Virus record (IMG/VR): IMGVR_UViG_3300017766_000718
Span: 1 to 26,081 of that record
Source: a virus
Taxonomy: Duplodnaviria; Caudoviricetes
Length of the DNA stretch: 26,081 bases
Strand: one strand, 5' to 3'
Shown one piece after another: positions 1-8,546 of the stretch (within the stretch, counting starts at the first letter, position 1; each line of letters opens with the position of its first letter). A model generated the notes under the pieces. That model saw nothing but the letters and a program-made list of their open reading frames with translations. It was not told where the DNA came from and ran no database searches. The position numbers were made by a program, and so were the translations under genes.

Positions 1-870
1 CCGTTCAGCCTCGCGCTGAGCGCTCAGCCTGCCGTCGACCGGACCGTAGGCACAGCGGCACCAGCCAGCCTCGCGCTGACAGCGTTCGCAGCCTCGGGCA
101 AGTACATCAGCCCGGCGTTGCCGTTCAGCCTGTCGGTCACGGCCTCGGCTGCGTTCGGTAAGTACATCAGCCCCGCACTGCCAGCCAGCCTGACACTGAG
201 CGCGCAGCCCGCGGCCGCCCGAACAAAGGGCGTGGCAGCGCCAACGAGTCTGGCAGTCACGGCACTGGCCGCTAACGCCACAGTCCGCGGCGTGGCAGCG
301 CCCACCAGCCTGACGGTCACCGCGCTCGACGCTACGGATTACGTGGTATCGGGCTCGCAGAACATAGTTTCCGACGCGGTGCCGTTCGCCCTGACCTCGA
401 CGACATCGAACGCAACCGACCGCCTGAGAAGCGTGGCGGCTCCGGCCAGTTACAGCGTCACGATGTCCTCGGCGACGCACCGCGTACTCAGCGTGGCGCA
501 GCCGACGAGCCTTGTGGTAACAGGTTCTACAGCGGCAGGGCGCATCAAGAGCGTAAGCGCGCCGACCAGTCTGACGATCACGGCCAGTGCCGGCAACGAC
601 AAGCAGGTTAGCTTCGCACCGTCTGTCGGACACACGCTGACGTTCTCGAACGCCACTGGAAGGGTAGCCTACGTAAGCGTGGCGGTACCTGCTGCACTGA
701 ACGTAGCGGCGTACAACCTATCGAGTATACTCAAGGGCAGCGCAGCACCTACGTCGCTTAGCCTTACGCTGTTCAACGCCACTGACATCGTTACAGCTCC
801 AGTTCGGCTGGAGAGCGACGCTGCTCCGTTCGCGCTAGGAATGACGTTCAACGGTGCGCGCATCCGCATG
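1..870 (+). repeat. Degenerate 60-bp (20-codon) coding tandem repeat
   Basis: Units start at 1, 61, 121, 181, 241 and 301 (cc-n-nnn-ag-y-ct..), then 382, 442, 502, 562, ~622, 688, 748 and 826. GKYISPALP is encoded in two adjacent units (~97-123 and ~157-183). Confidence 0.85.
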
Positions 871-1038
871 GAGTTCGAGATGATTACCTCCCAAGAGTTG
901 ACCCAACCGCAGATTGACGCCATCGCCGCGGCGGTCGTGGCACAGTCGCCTACGCCAGCGGATACAGCTGACGCTGTATGGCAGCACGCATTTGTTGCTA
1001 AACTGTTGACCGTGGCTAAATATCTGGGGCTGAAGTGA
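1..1038 (+). CDS. Fibre/shaft-like virion protein with ~20-aa tandem repeats (5' truncated)
   Basis: Frame +1 is open from base 1 (PFSLALSAQP...), so the gene starts before the window and the track's start at 118 is internal. It has about 14 Ser/Thr/Ala-rich units P-x-S-L-x-[LV]-[TS] and a C-terminal ADAVW...LTVAKYLGLK tail of a kind seen in phage fibre proteins. Confidence 0.7.
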   Translation, partial: PFSLALSAQPAVDRTVGTAAPASLALTAFAASGKYISPALPFSLSVTASAAFGKYISPALPASLTLSAQPAAARTKGVAAPTSLAVTALAANATVRGVAAPTSLTVTALDATDYVVSGSQNIVSDAVPFALTSTTSNATDRLRSVAAPASYSVTMSSATHRVLSVAQPTSLVVTGSTAAGRIKSVSAPTSLTITASAGNDKQVSFAPSVGHTLTFSNATGRVAYVSVAVPAALNVAAYNLSSILKGSAAPTSLSLTLFNATDIVTAPVRLESDAAPFALGMTFNGARIRMEFEMITSQELTQPQIDAIAAAVVAQSPTPADTADAVWQHAFVAKLLTVAKYLGLK

Positions 1039-1325
1039 TGGAACTGATCCGTGACGAGGTACTGAGCGTCGACATCATCGTCGATACTGGCGTAGGCCCG
1101 CCCGGTCCGCCCGGTCCGGGCGGCGCTGCGTCGAGTTCGTACGAGCACTCGCAGCCCTCGGCATCGGACACGTGGATCGTAAACCACAACCTCGGGTTCA
1201 AACCAAGTACCTTCGCGTACTCCGTCGGGGGTATGATGATGTGGGCGAACGTGCAACACTTCAGCGACAACCAAGTACGGATTTACTTTGACGGCCCGGT
1301 ATCCGGTTACGCCGTTTGCTCATGA
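1038..1325 (+). CDS. Small virion fibre-associated protein (short collagen-like GPP repeat + HNLG domain)
   Basis: Start overlaps the upstream stop (GTGATG; GTG 1035 or ATG 1038). GPPGPPGPGG is followed by YEHSQPSASDTWIVNHNLGFKP, a motif common in phage fibre proteins. Confidence 0.7.
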   Translation: MELIRDEVLSVDIIVDTGVGPPGPPGPGGAASSSYEHSQPSASDTWIVNHNLGFKPSTFAYSVGGMMMWANVQHFSDNQVRIYFDGPVSGYAVCS

Positions 1326-1343
1326 CGTAACAGGAGAACAGAC

Positions 1344-2135
1344 ATGGCCCAAGATATTCAGACGAGTTTAGACTTCGGCAGCGCCCGGAAAATTCTTAAC
1401 CTGCCGGCACCGACGTCTGCTGGCGAGCCAGCGACAAAAGCATACGTCGACAGCGCCGTCGAAGGGTTGTCGTGGAAGGACAGCGCCCGGGTCTACTGTG
1501 CAACGAACGTGGCGCTGGCGTCCCCGGGTGCCTCGCTCGATGGTATTGCGATGGCGGTCAACGATCGCTTCGTGGCTGGTAACCAGACCACTACGACTGA
1601 AAACGGCATTTACATTTGGAACGGCGCGGCTACCCCAGCCACCCGTGCGCTAGATGCCAGCACCTCCGACGAGCTGGAAAACGCTACGATTTCCATCGAC
1701 GAAGGTACCAGCGCCGGCACTACCAAGCGCCAGACGCTGGTCAACTTCGTGCTCGGTACTGGCTCACCGGCGTGGACCAACTTCGGTACTGCTGCCGGTG
1801 CAGCGTCGGAGGCGTCTGCCGGTATCGCTGAGCTGGCTACCCAAGCAGAAACAGACGCCGGTACCGACGACCTGCGTATGGTCACTCCGCTGAAGCTCAA
1901 GAACTACTCCGGTCAGGCTAAGCGCTATGGCGTGGCGGTAGGCGATGGTTCGTCTACCAGTATCGCAGTGACGCACAACCTGAACAGCCGCGACGTAGTC
2001 GTCGAGGTGTACCGTAACTCAGGCAACTACGACACTGTGATGGTGGAAGTCCGCCGCACGTCGGTGAACATCGTGACGCTTGTGTTCGATACTGCCCCGG
2101 CAGCGAGCGCATACTACTGCGTAGTCAAATACTAA
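1344..2135 (+). CDS. Tail/head fibre protein
   Basis: RBS AGGAG. Contains the NLPAP..ATKAYVD fibre motif, a WKDSARV...QT...ENGIY domain, a T4 gp34-like repeat GIAELATQAETDAGTDDLRMVTPLKLK, and a C-terminal THNLNSRDVVVEVY domain. Confidence 0.8.
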   Translation: MAQDIQTSLDFGSARKILNLPAPTSAGEPATKAYVDSAVEGLSWKDSARVYCATNVALASPGASLDGIAMAVNDRFVAGNQTTTTENGIYIWNGAATPATRALDASTSDELENATISIDEGTSAGTTKRQTLVNFVLGTGSPAWTNFGTAAGAASEASAGIAELATQAETDAGTDDLRMVTPLKLKNYSGQAKRYGVAVGDGSSTSIAVTHNLNSRDVVVEVYRNSGNYDTVMVEVRRTSVNIVTLVFDTAPAASAYYCVVKY

Positions 2136-2145
2136 GGAGTAGGCG

Positions 2146-4008
2146 ATGCCGATCGAGTCTCTGAGTGACATAACCAAGGGCGGTACGTCTGCGTTCGCTG
2201 CTGGCGGAGGCTCCGGCGACGTGGTAGGCCCAGCCTCGTCTACCGCCAACTACGTACCGCAGTGGAGCAATACTACTGGCAAGCTGCTGAAAGCGGGGCT
2301 GCCGGTACAGACCAGTACAATTGATGTGACGCCCACAGCACTGCTGGCTATGGGCGCGTTCGGACTACCGACCGTAGCTAACTACCTAGCCCTGCCTAGA
2401 CCGGGTGCGGTTAACGGCACGACTGACTTCAACGTCGTTACCAACGCTGGGTACTACTACCGGATACTTGGTAACGTAGCGGGTAGCCGCAATGCGAATC
2501 ACCCAGACGGTCAAACAGCCGTAACTGCAGATAGCGGCGTCTGCGATTACTACTATGTGTACAACTTCCTGTACGACAACGGCATGGGGAATAGCACCCA
2601 GCTGGCTATCCCCTACATCTACGGCGCGGATACGGCGAAAGCCACTATCAAAATGCGCCACTTCTACGGCGGTACCACATGGTCCCCGTGGAAGTCGGTG
2701 GGTGGTGGCGGAGGCTCCGACCCCTCCAAACAAGATGTCCTCGTCTCCGGTACGAACATCAAGACGATCAACAGCCAGTCGGTACTGGGCGCAGGTGACT
2801 TAGCTGTAGGTGACGTAGCGGGCCCAGCCTCGGCTACAGTTAACGCAGTACCTCGGTTCAGCAGCACGACGGGCAAGGCGCTGAAAGCCGGGCTGAAATA
2901 CCAGACGTCGTCTATCGACACCACGCCCGGGGCGCTGCTCGTAATGGGGGCCGACGCCAAACTAACACTGTCGAACACCCCAGTCTCGTCGATACCAATA
3001 GCTTGCTCCGATGAGACTACAGCCTTGGCTGCCGGTACGTCGGTGGTTACGTTCCGTATGCCGTACGCGATGACACTCACTGCTGTCAAAGCGTCGCTGA
3101 CTACGGCGCAGGCCAGCGGCAGTGTGTTTACTGTCGACGTTAATCAGGGCGGTACTTCGATACTGTCCACTAAGCTGACGATCGACAACACGGAGAAGAC
3201 CAGTACTACGGCGGCTGCTGCAGCCGTAGTATCCGACGTCAATCTGGCCGACGACGCCGAGATAACCATCGACATCGACCAAGTTGGCGACGGTACGGCC
3301 AAGGGGTTGAAGGTCTATTTCGTAGGTGTACCAGCTGGGTACGTTGCGGGTGAAGTCATAACGGCTAGCGATCCATACTTCGACAATGTCGTCCTCTTGC
3401 ATAACCAAGACCAGCCGTCACTTACGGACTTAAGCCCATACGGGCACTCGCTGCTATACGCAGGTACTGCAGCGCGGGATACCTCTACTGTTAAGTACGG
3501 GACAGGCTCTCTGAGTATTAGGGGGTCAGGTAACCAAGTTTACGCCACTGCGCCCTCGGCGGCGTTCGCGCTTGGTACTGGGGACTTCACAGTCGAGGCG
3601 TGGTTTAACTTAGAAAACGAAATAGGTAACAACGGGGTTGTCGGGAACTACGCAGGGGCCACAGGCTGGGGGCTGGCGGTAGGTACTACACAGTCCACCT
3701 TCTACAACAACGGGAGCCCAGTCACTAAGACCCACTCCGCTTTGGCGTTCGGTACATGGCACCATTTCGCCGTTACGCGCGAGACAGGGCTACTGCGCCT
3801 GTTCCTCGACGGCGTACAGCTAGGTACTGTCGTGGACTGGACAGGCGTAGACCTGAACAGTACAGGCGCGTTGGCTATCGGTAACATGGGGACGGCATAC
3901 CCAGCGAACAACTGGATGTACGGATGGCTGGACGACGTGCGCGTGACGAAAGGCGTCTGCCGGTACGTGAACGCATTCACGCCTCCTTCTAAACTGCCTA
4001 TAAACTGA
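2146..4008 (+). CDS. Tail fibre / receptor-binding protein with knob-like domain and C-terminal LamG/concanavalin-A-like lectin domain
   Basis: RBS TAAGGAG. Has a QTS..D.TP.ALL.MGAFGL fibre motif, a knob-like segment (DFN...AGYYY...QLAIPY...WSPWK), KQDVLVSGTNIKTIN, an SDETT...TFRMP domain, and LamG signatures FTVEAWF, WHHFAVTR, LFLDG and LDDVRVTKG. Confidence 0.85.
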   Translation: MPIESLSDITKGGTSAFAAGGGSGDVVGPASSTANYVPQWSNTTGKLLKAGLPVQTSTIDVTPTALLAMGAFGLPTVANYLALPRPGAVNGTTDFNVVTNAGYYYRILGNVAGSRNANHPDGQTAVTADSGVCDYYYVYNFLYDNGMGNSTQLAIPYIYGADTAKATIKMRHFYGGTTWSPWKSVGGGGGSDPSKQDVLVSGTNIKTINSQSVLGAGDLAVGDVAGPASATVNAVPRFSSTTGKALKAGLKYQTSSIDTTPGALLVMGADAKLTLSNTPVSSIPIACSDETTALAAGTSVVTFRMPYAMTLTAVKASLTTAQASGSVFTVDVNQGGTSILSTKLTIDNTEKTSTTAAAAAVVSDVNLADDAEITIDIDQVGDGTAKGLKVYFVGVPAGYVAGEVITASDPYFDNVVLLHNQDQPSLTDLSPYGHSLLYAGTAARDTSTVKYGTGSLSIRGSGNQVYATAPSAAFALGTGDFTVEAWFNLENEIGNNGVVGNYAGATGWGLAVGTTQSTFYNNGSPVTKTHSALAFGTWHHFAVTRETGLLRLFLDGVQLGTVVDWTGVDLNSTGALAIGNMGTAYPANNWMYGWLDDVRVTKGVCRYVNAFTPPSKLPIN

Positions 4009-4023
4009 CGGTCGGAGATAGTA

Positions 4024-6588
4024 ATGCTACTGAATCCGTACCGCTTCGTGATTACCCTACCGCCGGCCGCATACGCAACGGGCGGCATACCCGTGGTCAT
4101 CGGCACGTCGACTACAGTGTCCAGCACGTACACAACCCCGCTACCGACAGGTTGGCAGGCTGGCGACTTGCTAATCGCCATAACGAACTCTGGGCCAGAC
4201 GTGTACGCCACGCCTGCTGCCCCCGGTTGGAACCAGATACCGCTGACTACTGGCGGCACGTATGACGCTATCCGCGCTTTCTGGAAGATAGCTACGGCGG
4301 GTGAAGGGTCGTTCATTATGAGCACCGGCATGTCCCGGTGTGCCAACTCCGTGACGTGCATACGCGGCGCAGCCCCTTGGCCCGTGGCGAGCTGGGTGGA
4401 GGGCACGCACGCCTCTGGCTCGCAGCAGATAGCGTCTATCACAACGCCGACAGACAAGTGCTTGCTGCTTCAAGCGGTAAGCGACGCGCAGGACTTGGCT
4501 ACAGCGCGAGCAAGCGCGTGGGCTAACACCACGTACACGCCAGTAGAGCTGTCGGACATCGGCACCGCGTGGAACACAGGCGGCGGTTTGGCTGTAGCAC
4601 GTGTAGAGCAGGCGACGGCTGGCGCTACCGGAAACACCACGTTTACGTGGCTGAACGACAGCACTGGCCCGACGCTCAACATAGTGATTAACCCAGAGCA
4701 GATTGATATCCCTATACCAACGCCCGGCGCAAAACCGGTAGTGATGACGTCTGCCGGTTCCAACACGTCTGTCGCGTCTTGGTCTATAGACATACCGGCG
4801 GGTACCGAATCGGGCGACATGGCTATCCTTGTAGTGTCCACGTACTCGCTGTACGGCGGCGTACCGACCGCGCCGTCAGGGTGGACGCAGTTCGGCAGCG
4901 GAACCGGTGCTTCGCCGGGAACACACGCTCGCTGGTTCTACCGACAGATAGACGGTACGGAAGGCGCCAGCGTCGGCGGCAACCTAACCACAAACAATAT
5001 GTGGGGCGCGGTGTTCACAGTCCTACCGGTAGGGTCTTTTGTGTCAGGGTCTGCACCTGAGATTGTCACGTCGACGACAGCGAGCGCCGTTTTCTCCCAC
5101 GACTGCCCAGCGATAACACCCTCGTGGGGAGAGTCGTGGAACTGGGTGCTAAGCACTATGTCGTATCGGCTCGGGTCTAACGCGCCGCTGGTAGCCCCCA
5201 ACTCTACGTGGGCGTACAGCAATATGAGTAACGCAGGGGCTGCATCCTGTGTGTCCGAGGTGTATGGAACGACGGCTTCACCCGGTAGGTACAGGCTGAC
5301 GAGCACGTCGACGGCCCCATGCCTAATGGGTACCGTCGCAGTGCGTCGCCCGAGCACCGCACCGACTACGCTCGCCATGATGAGCGGGTCGCCAACGAGT
5401 GCTGTAGCGCAGGCGGATTTTGTTGTCCTCCCACTGCCGCAGAACGCTGTCGGTGACCTACTCGTAGTCTGGTCTACGAAGCGCGGCCTAACTGCAAATA
5501 TGGATACCCCGGCTGGGTGGACGAAGTACGGGCACCAGCACAACGGCCAGTCCGAAGGAGCGTGGTTCTGCAAGGTGTCGACTGGCGGAGAGGCCAGTGT
5601 CACGCTTTCGTCTGGCACGACGTCTACACACAAGGCCGCTTTTGGGGCGGTAGTCGCGGCGGGCACGTACGCAGGTATAGACCAGATAGAGGCAGCTACT
5701 ACAGGGTCGGGAACAGCGACCGCTAACGCAGATTCTCCGTTACTTACTCCTACGTGGGGGCGCGCCGAGACACTGTGGCTCGCAGGTTGTATCGTAGGCG
5801 ACGGTACGACGGTCATCAGCGGATTTCCATACACCGCGTGGCAGATAACAAATCGGTCTAACGCGTTCGGCGCGGGTGCGAACGGGGCGATGTGTGCAAC
5901 GTACAGTACGGTTGCGTCGGTAGACCCGGCTGCATTTACAAGCGCCAGTGCTACATGGACAGCATCGACGCTAGCGATAAAATCATCGTCCGCTGCGCCA
6001 GCGCCAATCGTAGTGCGAAGCGCCTCGAAAGCGTCGTCAGCGTCAACGGCGTCACTCAGCGTGGCCAAGCCGACCGGGACTATAGACGGCGACGTACTGA
6101 TAGCGTTTGCTGCTTCCAGTGCTAACGCACCCATTCTCTCAACAGGATGGACAAAGCGATCCGAGAACGTGTCGATTGCAGGCTCTTTCGCGGTGTTCAG
6201 CAAGACAGCGGCGAGTGAGGGCGCGAGCTGGAACTTCACATGCTCGGCCGATAGGATGTCTGTTCAGGTGGTGTGCGTCAGCGGCGCTACGGCCGTAGAA
6301 GCCTTCGGCGCGATCCCGGGCACTGACTCCGGGGATACTGGAGTGGCCGCGAGCGTGACAACAACATCAGCCGGCCTGCTCTTAGGGGGGTTCTTTAATA
6401 CGGCAGCTAATTCTGCGACAGTGGGTCCAGCAGGAATGACGGTGATCGACACACTACATCAGAACTACCAGCAGCTGAATGTGTACTCGCAAGCGCTTAC
6501 TATCGGAGGGGCAACGGGTACACGCTCCGCACTGTGGACGGGGGGGTTCATCGGGTCGAAAACTCAAGCATTGGTGGCTATAAAGTGA
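4024..6588 (+). CDS. Large multi-domain virion adhesin/minor tail protein (four homologous ~200-aa beta domains)
   Basis: RBS GGAG; N-terminal LNPYRF. Four copies of P-x-G/N-x(2-3)-GD-[LMV]-hydrophobic ... GW ... [WFYC]-[KR]...E, separated by Pro-rich linkers. Ser/Thr/Ala/Gly/Trp-rich. Confidence 0.7.
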   Translation: MLLNPYRFVITLPPAAYATGGIPVVIGTSTTVSSTYTTPLPTGWQAGDLLIAITNSGPDVYATPAAPGWNQIPLTTGGTYDAIRAFWKIATAGEGSFIMSTGMSRCANSVTCIRGAAPWPVASWVEGTHASGSQQIASITTPTDKCLLLQAVSDAQDLATARASAWANTTYTPVELSDIGTAWNTGGGLAVARVEQATAGATGNTTFTWLNDSTGPTLNIVINPEQIDIPIPTPGAKPVVMTSAGSNTSVASWSIDIPAGTESGDMAILVVSTYSLYGGVPTAPSGWTQFGSGTGASPGTHARWFYRQIDGTEGASVGGNLTTNNMWGAVFTVLPVGSFVSGSAPEIVTSTTASAVFSHDCPAITPSWGESWNWVLSTMSYRLGSNAPLVAPNSTWAYSNMSNAGAASCVSEVYGTTASPGRYRLTSTSTAPCLMGTVAVRRPSTAPTTLAMMSGSPTSAVAQADFVVLPLPQNAVGDLLVVWSTKRGLTANMDTPAGWTKYGHQHNGQSEGAWFCKVSTGGEASVTLSSGTTSTHKAAFGAVVAAGTYAGIDQIEAATTGSGTATANADSPLLTPTWGRAETLWLAGCIVGDGTTVISGFPYTAWQITNRSNAFGAGANGAMCATYSTVASVDPAAFTSASATWTASTLAIKSSSAAPAPIVVRSASKASSASTASLSVAKPTGTIDGDVLIAFAASSANAPILSTGWTKRSENVSIAGSFAVFSKTAASEGASWNFTCSADRMSVQVVCVSGATAVEAFGAIPGTDSGDTGVAASVTTTSAGLLLGGFFNTAANSATVGPAGMTVIDTLHQNYQQLNVYSQALTIGGATGTRSALWTGGFIGSKTQALVAIK

Positions 6589-6661
6589 GTTAGGCAACTT
6601 GGAAATAGGAACCCAGCCTAACAGGGGCTAGACTGCGCGGGTGTAAAACGAGGCAACCGAT

Positions 6662-7123
6662 ATGGACGAACACGAATACATACCACCAGAGAACCCGGTC
6701 GGGGCGGTACTACGCCCTGAGTGGGACCATCGCCTCGTCGTTGACGTGGCGCTCGGCACATCCGAGCTAGACATAATGGAGGCGTACGACCTGCAGGCGC
6801 ACACGCTGCGGGCGATATACGCAGACCCGGTGTTTGCGACGTCGCTTGCCAAGATGAAGGGCGAGCTGTCGAAAGACGGTGCGTCCTTCAAGCTCAAGTG
6901 CAAGATTCAGGCGGAAGCCATGCTCGACCATAACTGGAAGCTGGCGCACGCCGAAAACGTAGACCCGAAGGTGCAGCGGCAGATCATCGCCGACACCGTG
7001 CGCTGGGCGGGGTACGACGCTGGTCCTGCTACGGCGGGCGGCGGGCAGTCCGGCATGTCGATCACGATAAACCTCGGGCAGAAGCGCGACGAGAGCATCA
7101 CCATTGAAGGGGAGCGCGTGTGA
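6662..7123 (+). CDS. terS: Terminase small subunit (putative)
   Basis: 153 aa directly upstream of and overlapping (GTGA) the large terminase. Helical N-terminus, C-terminal beta tail GMSITINLG, RBS GAGG. Confidence 0.7.
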   Translation: MDEHEYIPPENPVGAVLRPEWDHRLVVDVALGTSELDIMEAYDLQAHTLRAIYADPVFATSLAKMKGELSKDGASFKLKCKIQAEAMLDHNWKLAHAENVDPKVQRQIIADTVRWAGYDAGPATAGGGQSGMSITINLGQKRDESITIEGERV

Positions 7124-8538
7124 GCGAGGCTATCAACTACACGCCACCGGCAACGGTGTCCGATCTCATCGAGAGCGAGAAGTTTTACAACTTCATCGTC
7201 GGGCCGGTGGGGTCGTCGAAGACAACGGGCATCCTGTTCAAGATCGTCTATCACGCTACGCGGCAGCGGCCATCGCCGGTCGACGGTATCCGTCGTTCCC
7301 GGTGGGTGGTCGTCCGTAACACGTTACCGCAGCTGAAGGATACGACGATCAACTCGTTCATGACGTGGTTCAAGCACGGCGAAGCGGGCAAGTGGATCGC
7401 ATCGAGCACCACGTTCGTGTTCAAGTTCGGCGACGTCGAGGCAGAAGTGCTGTTTCGCCCGCTCGATACGCCAGACGACGTTAACCGCGTACTGTCGCTC
7501 GAAGTGACTGGCGCAATTCTGGACGAATTTGTCGAAATACCGAAAGAAATCGTCGAGGCACTGTCCGGCCGGTGCGGTCGTTACCCGTCCGCGAAGGACG
7601 GAGGCCCGTCGTGGTGGGGGATGTGGGGCGCAAGTAACCCGGGCAACGAGGATTCGTGGTGGTACAAGTGGCTGTACGAGGAGTGGGAAGGTGACGTCGA
7701 CGGTAGCGAGAAGGCGAGCACGCTCGCGTACTTCGAGCAGCCGTCCGGCTTCAGCCCGCTGGCGGAGAACATCGAGAACCTGCCCGGCAAGCGTGGGTAC
7801 TACGAGAACTTGGCCAAAGGCAAGTCCGAGCAGTGGATCAAGCAGTTCATCGAGGTCAAGTGGGGGTACAGCATCCGCGGTAAGCCGGTGTATTCGGCGT
7901 TCAACGCTGACATCCACGTGGCAAAGAACTCGCTGATATTCAACCCGCGCCTCCCGCTGTACATGGGGTTCGATGCGGGCCTCACACCTGCTGCCATATT
8001 CGGGCAGGTCGACCCGCATGGGCGCCTCCTGATACTGGACGAGCTGGTCAGTGACAACATGGGCGCGCAACGGTTCTGCCGGGAACGCGTTATACCACTG
8101 CTCGCGCACCGCTTCCGCGACTGCGAGCTAATCATCGCTGCTGACCCGGCGATCGTGCAGCGGTCGCAGACAGACGAACGAAGCGTCGCGCAGGTACTGC
8201 ACCAAGAGCTGAAGGTACGCCCTATGCCCGCGGGCAGTAACAACCTCGTCGATCGACTGGGAGCGGTAGATGACTACCTGACGCGTCTCGTCGACGGCAT
8301 GCCGGCGTATTTGCTAGACCCACGGTGCAAAGTAATGATCCGCGGATTCGCGTCTGGCTACCGCTACCCCGTGAACAACAAGGGGGTCAAGGGTGACAGC
8401 CCCGAGAAAAACGATTACTCTCACCCCCACGACGCTAACCAATACCTGTGCATGGCTACGAAATCCATCGTGGCGCGAGAAGCGCGCAGGCGGCAGGCGC
8501 TACCGATGATGCAGCGGTCCGTTAACCCGTACGTGTAG
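7120..8538 (+). CDS. terL: Terminase large subunit
   Basis: Walker A-like GPVGSSKT, VVRNTLPQL, Walker B ILDE, coupling motif ASNP, RNase H-like nuclease residues GFDAG, AADPA and SHPHDANQY. RBS GGGGAG. Confidence 0.93.
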   Translation: MSEAINYTPPATVSDLIESEKFYNFIVGPVGSSKTTGILFKIVYHATRQRPSPVDGIRRSRWVVVRNTLPQLKDTTINSFMTWFKHGEAGKWIASSTTFVFKFGDVEAEVLFRPLDTPDDVNRVLSLEVTGAILDEFVEIPKEIVEALSGRCGRYPSAKDGGPSWWGMWGASNPGNEDSWWYKWLYEEWEGDVDGSEKASTLAYFEQPSGFSPLAENIENLPGKRGYYENLAKGKSEQWIKQFIEVKWGYSIRGKPVYSAFNADIHVAKNSLIFNPRLPLYMGFDAGLTPAAIFGQVDPHGRLLILDELVSDNMGAQRFCRERVIPLLAHRFRDCELIIAADPAIVQRSQTDERSVAQVLHQELKVRPMPAGSNNLVDRLGAVDDYLTRLVDGMPAYLLDPRCKVMIRGFASGYRYPVNNKGVKGDSPEKNDYSHPHDANQYLCMATKSIVAREARRRQALPMMQRSVNPYV

Positions 8539-8546
8539 AGGCGACG

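Noticed and set aside
1-360. 60-bp periodicity as a possible CRISPR array
   Set aside because: The repeats are degenerate at wobble positions, in frame within a coding sequence, and have no constant repeat/unique spacer structure or cas genes.
2215-2952. Duplicated segment as a diversity-generating retroelement TR/VR pair
   Set aside because: Differences are not adenine-specific, both copies are coding and internal, and no reverse transcriptase is present in the window.
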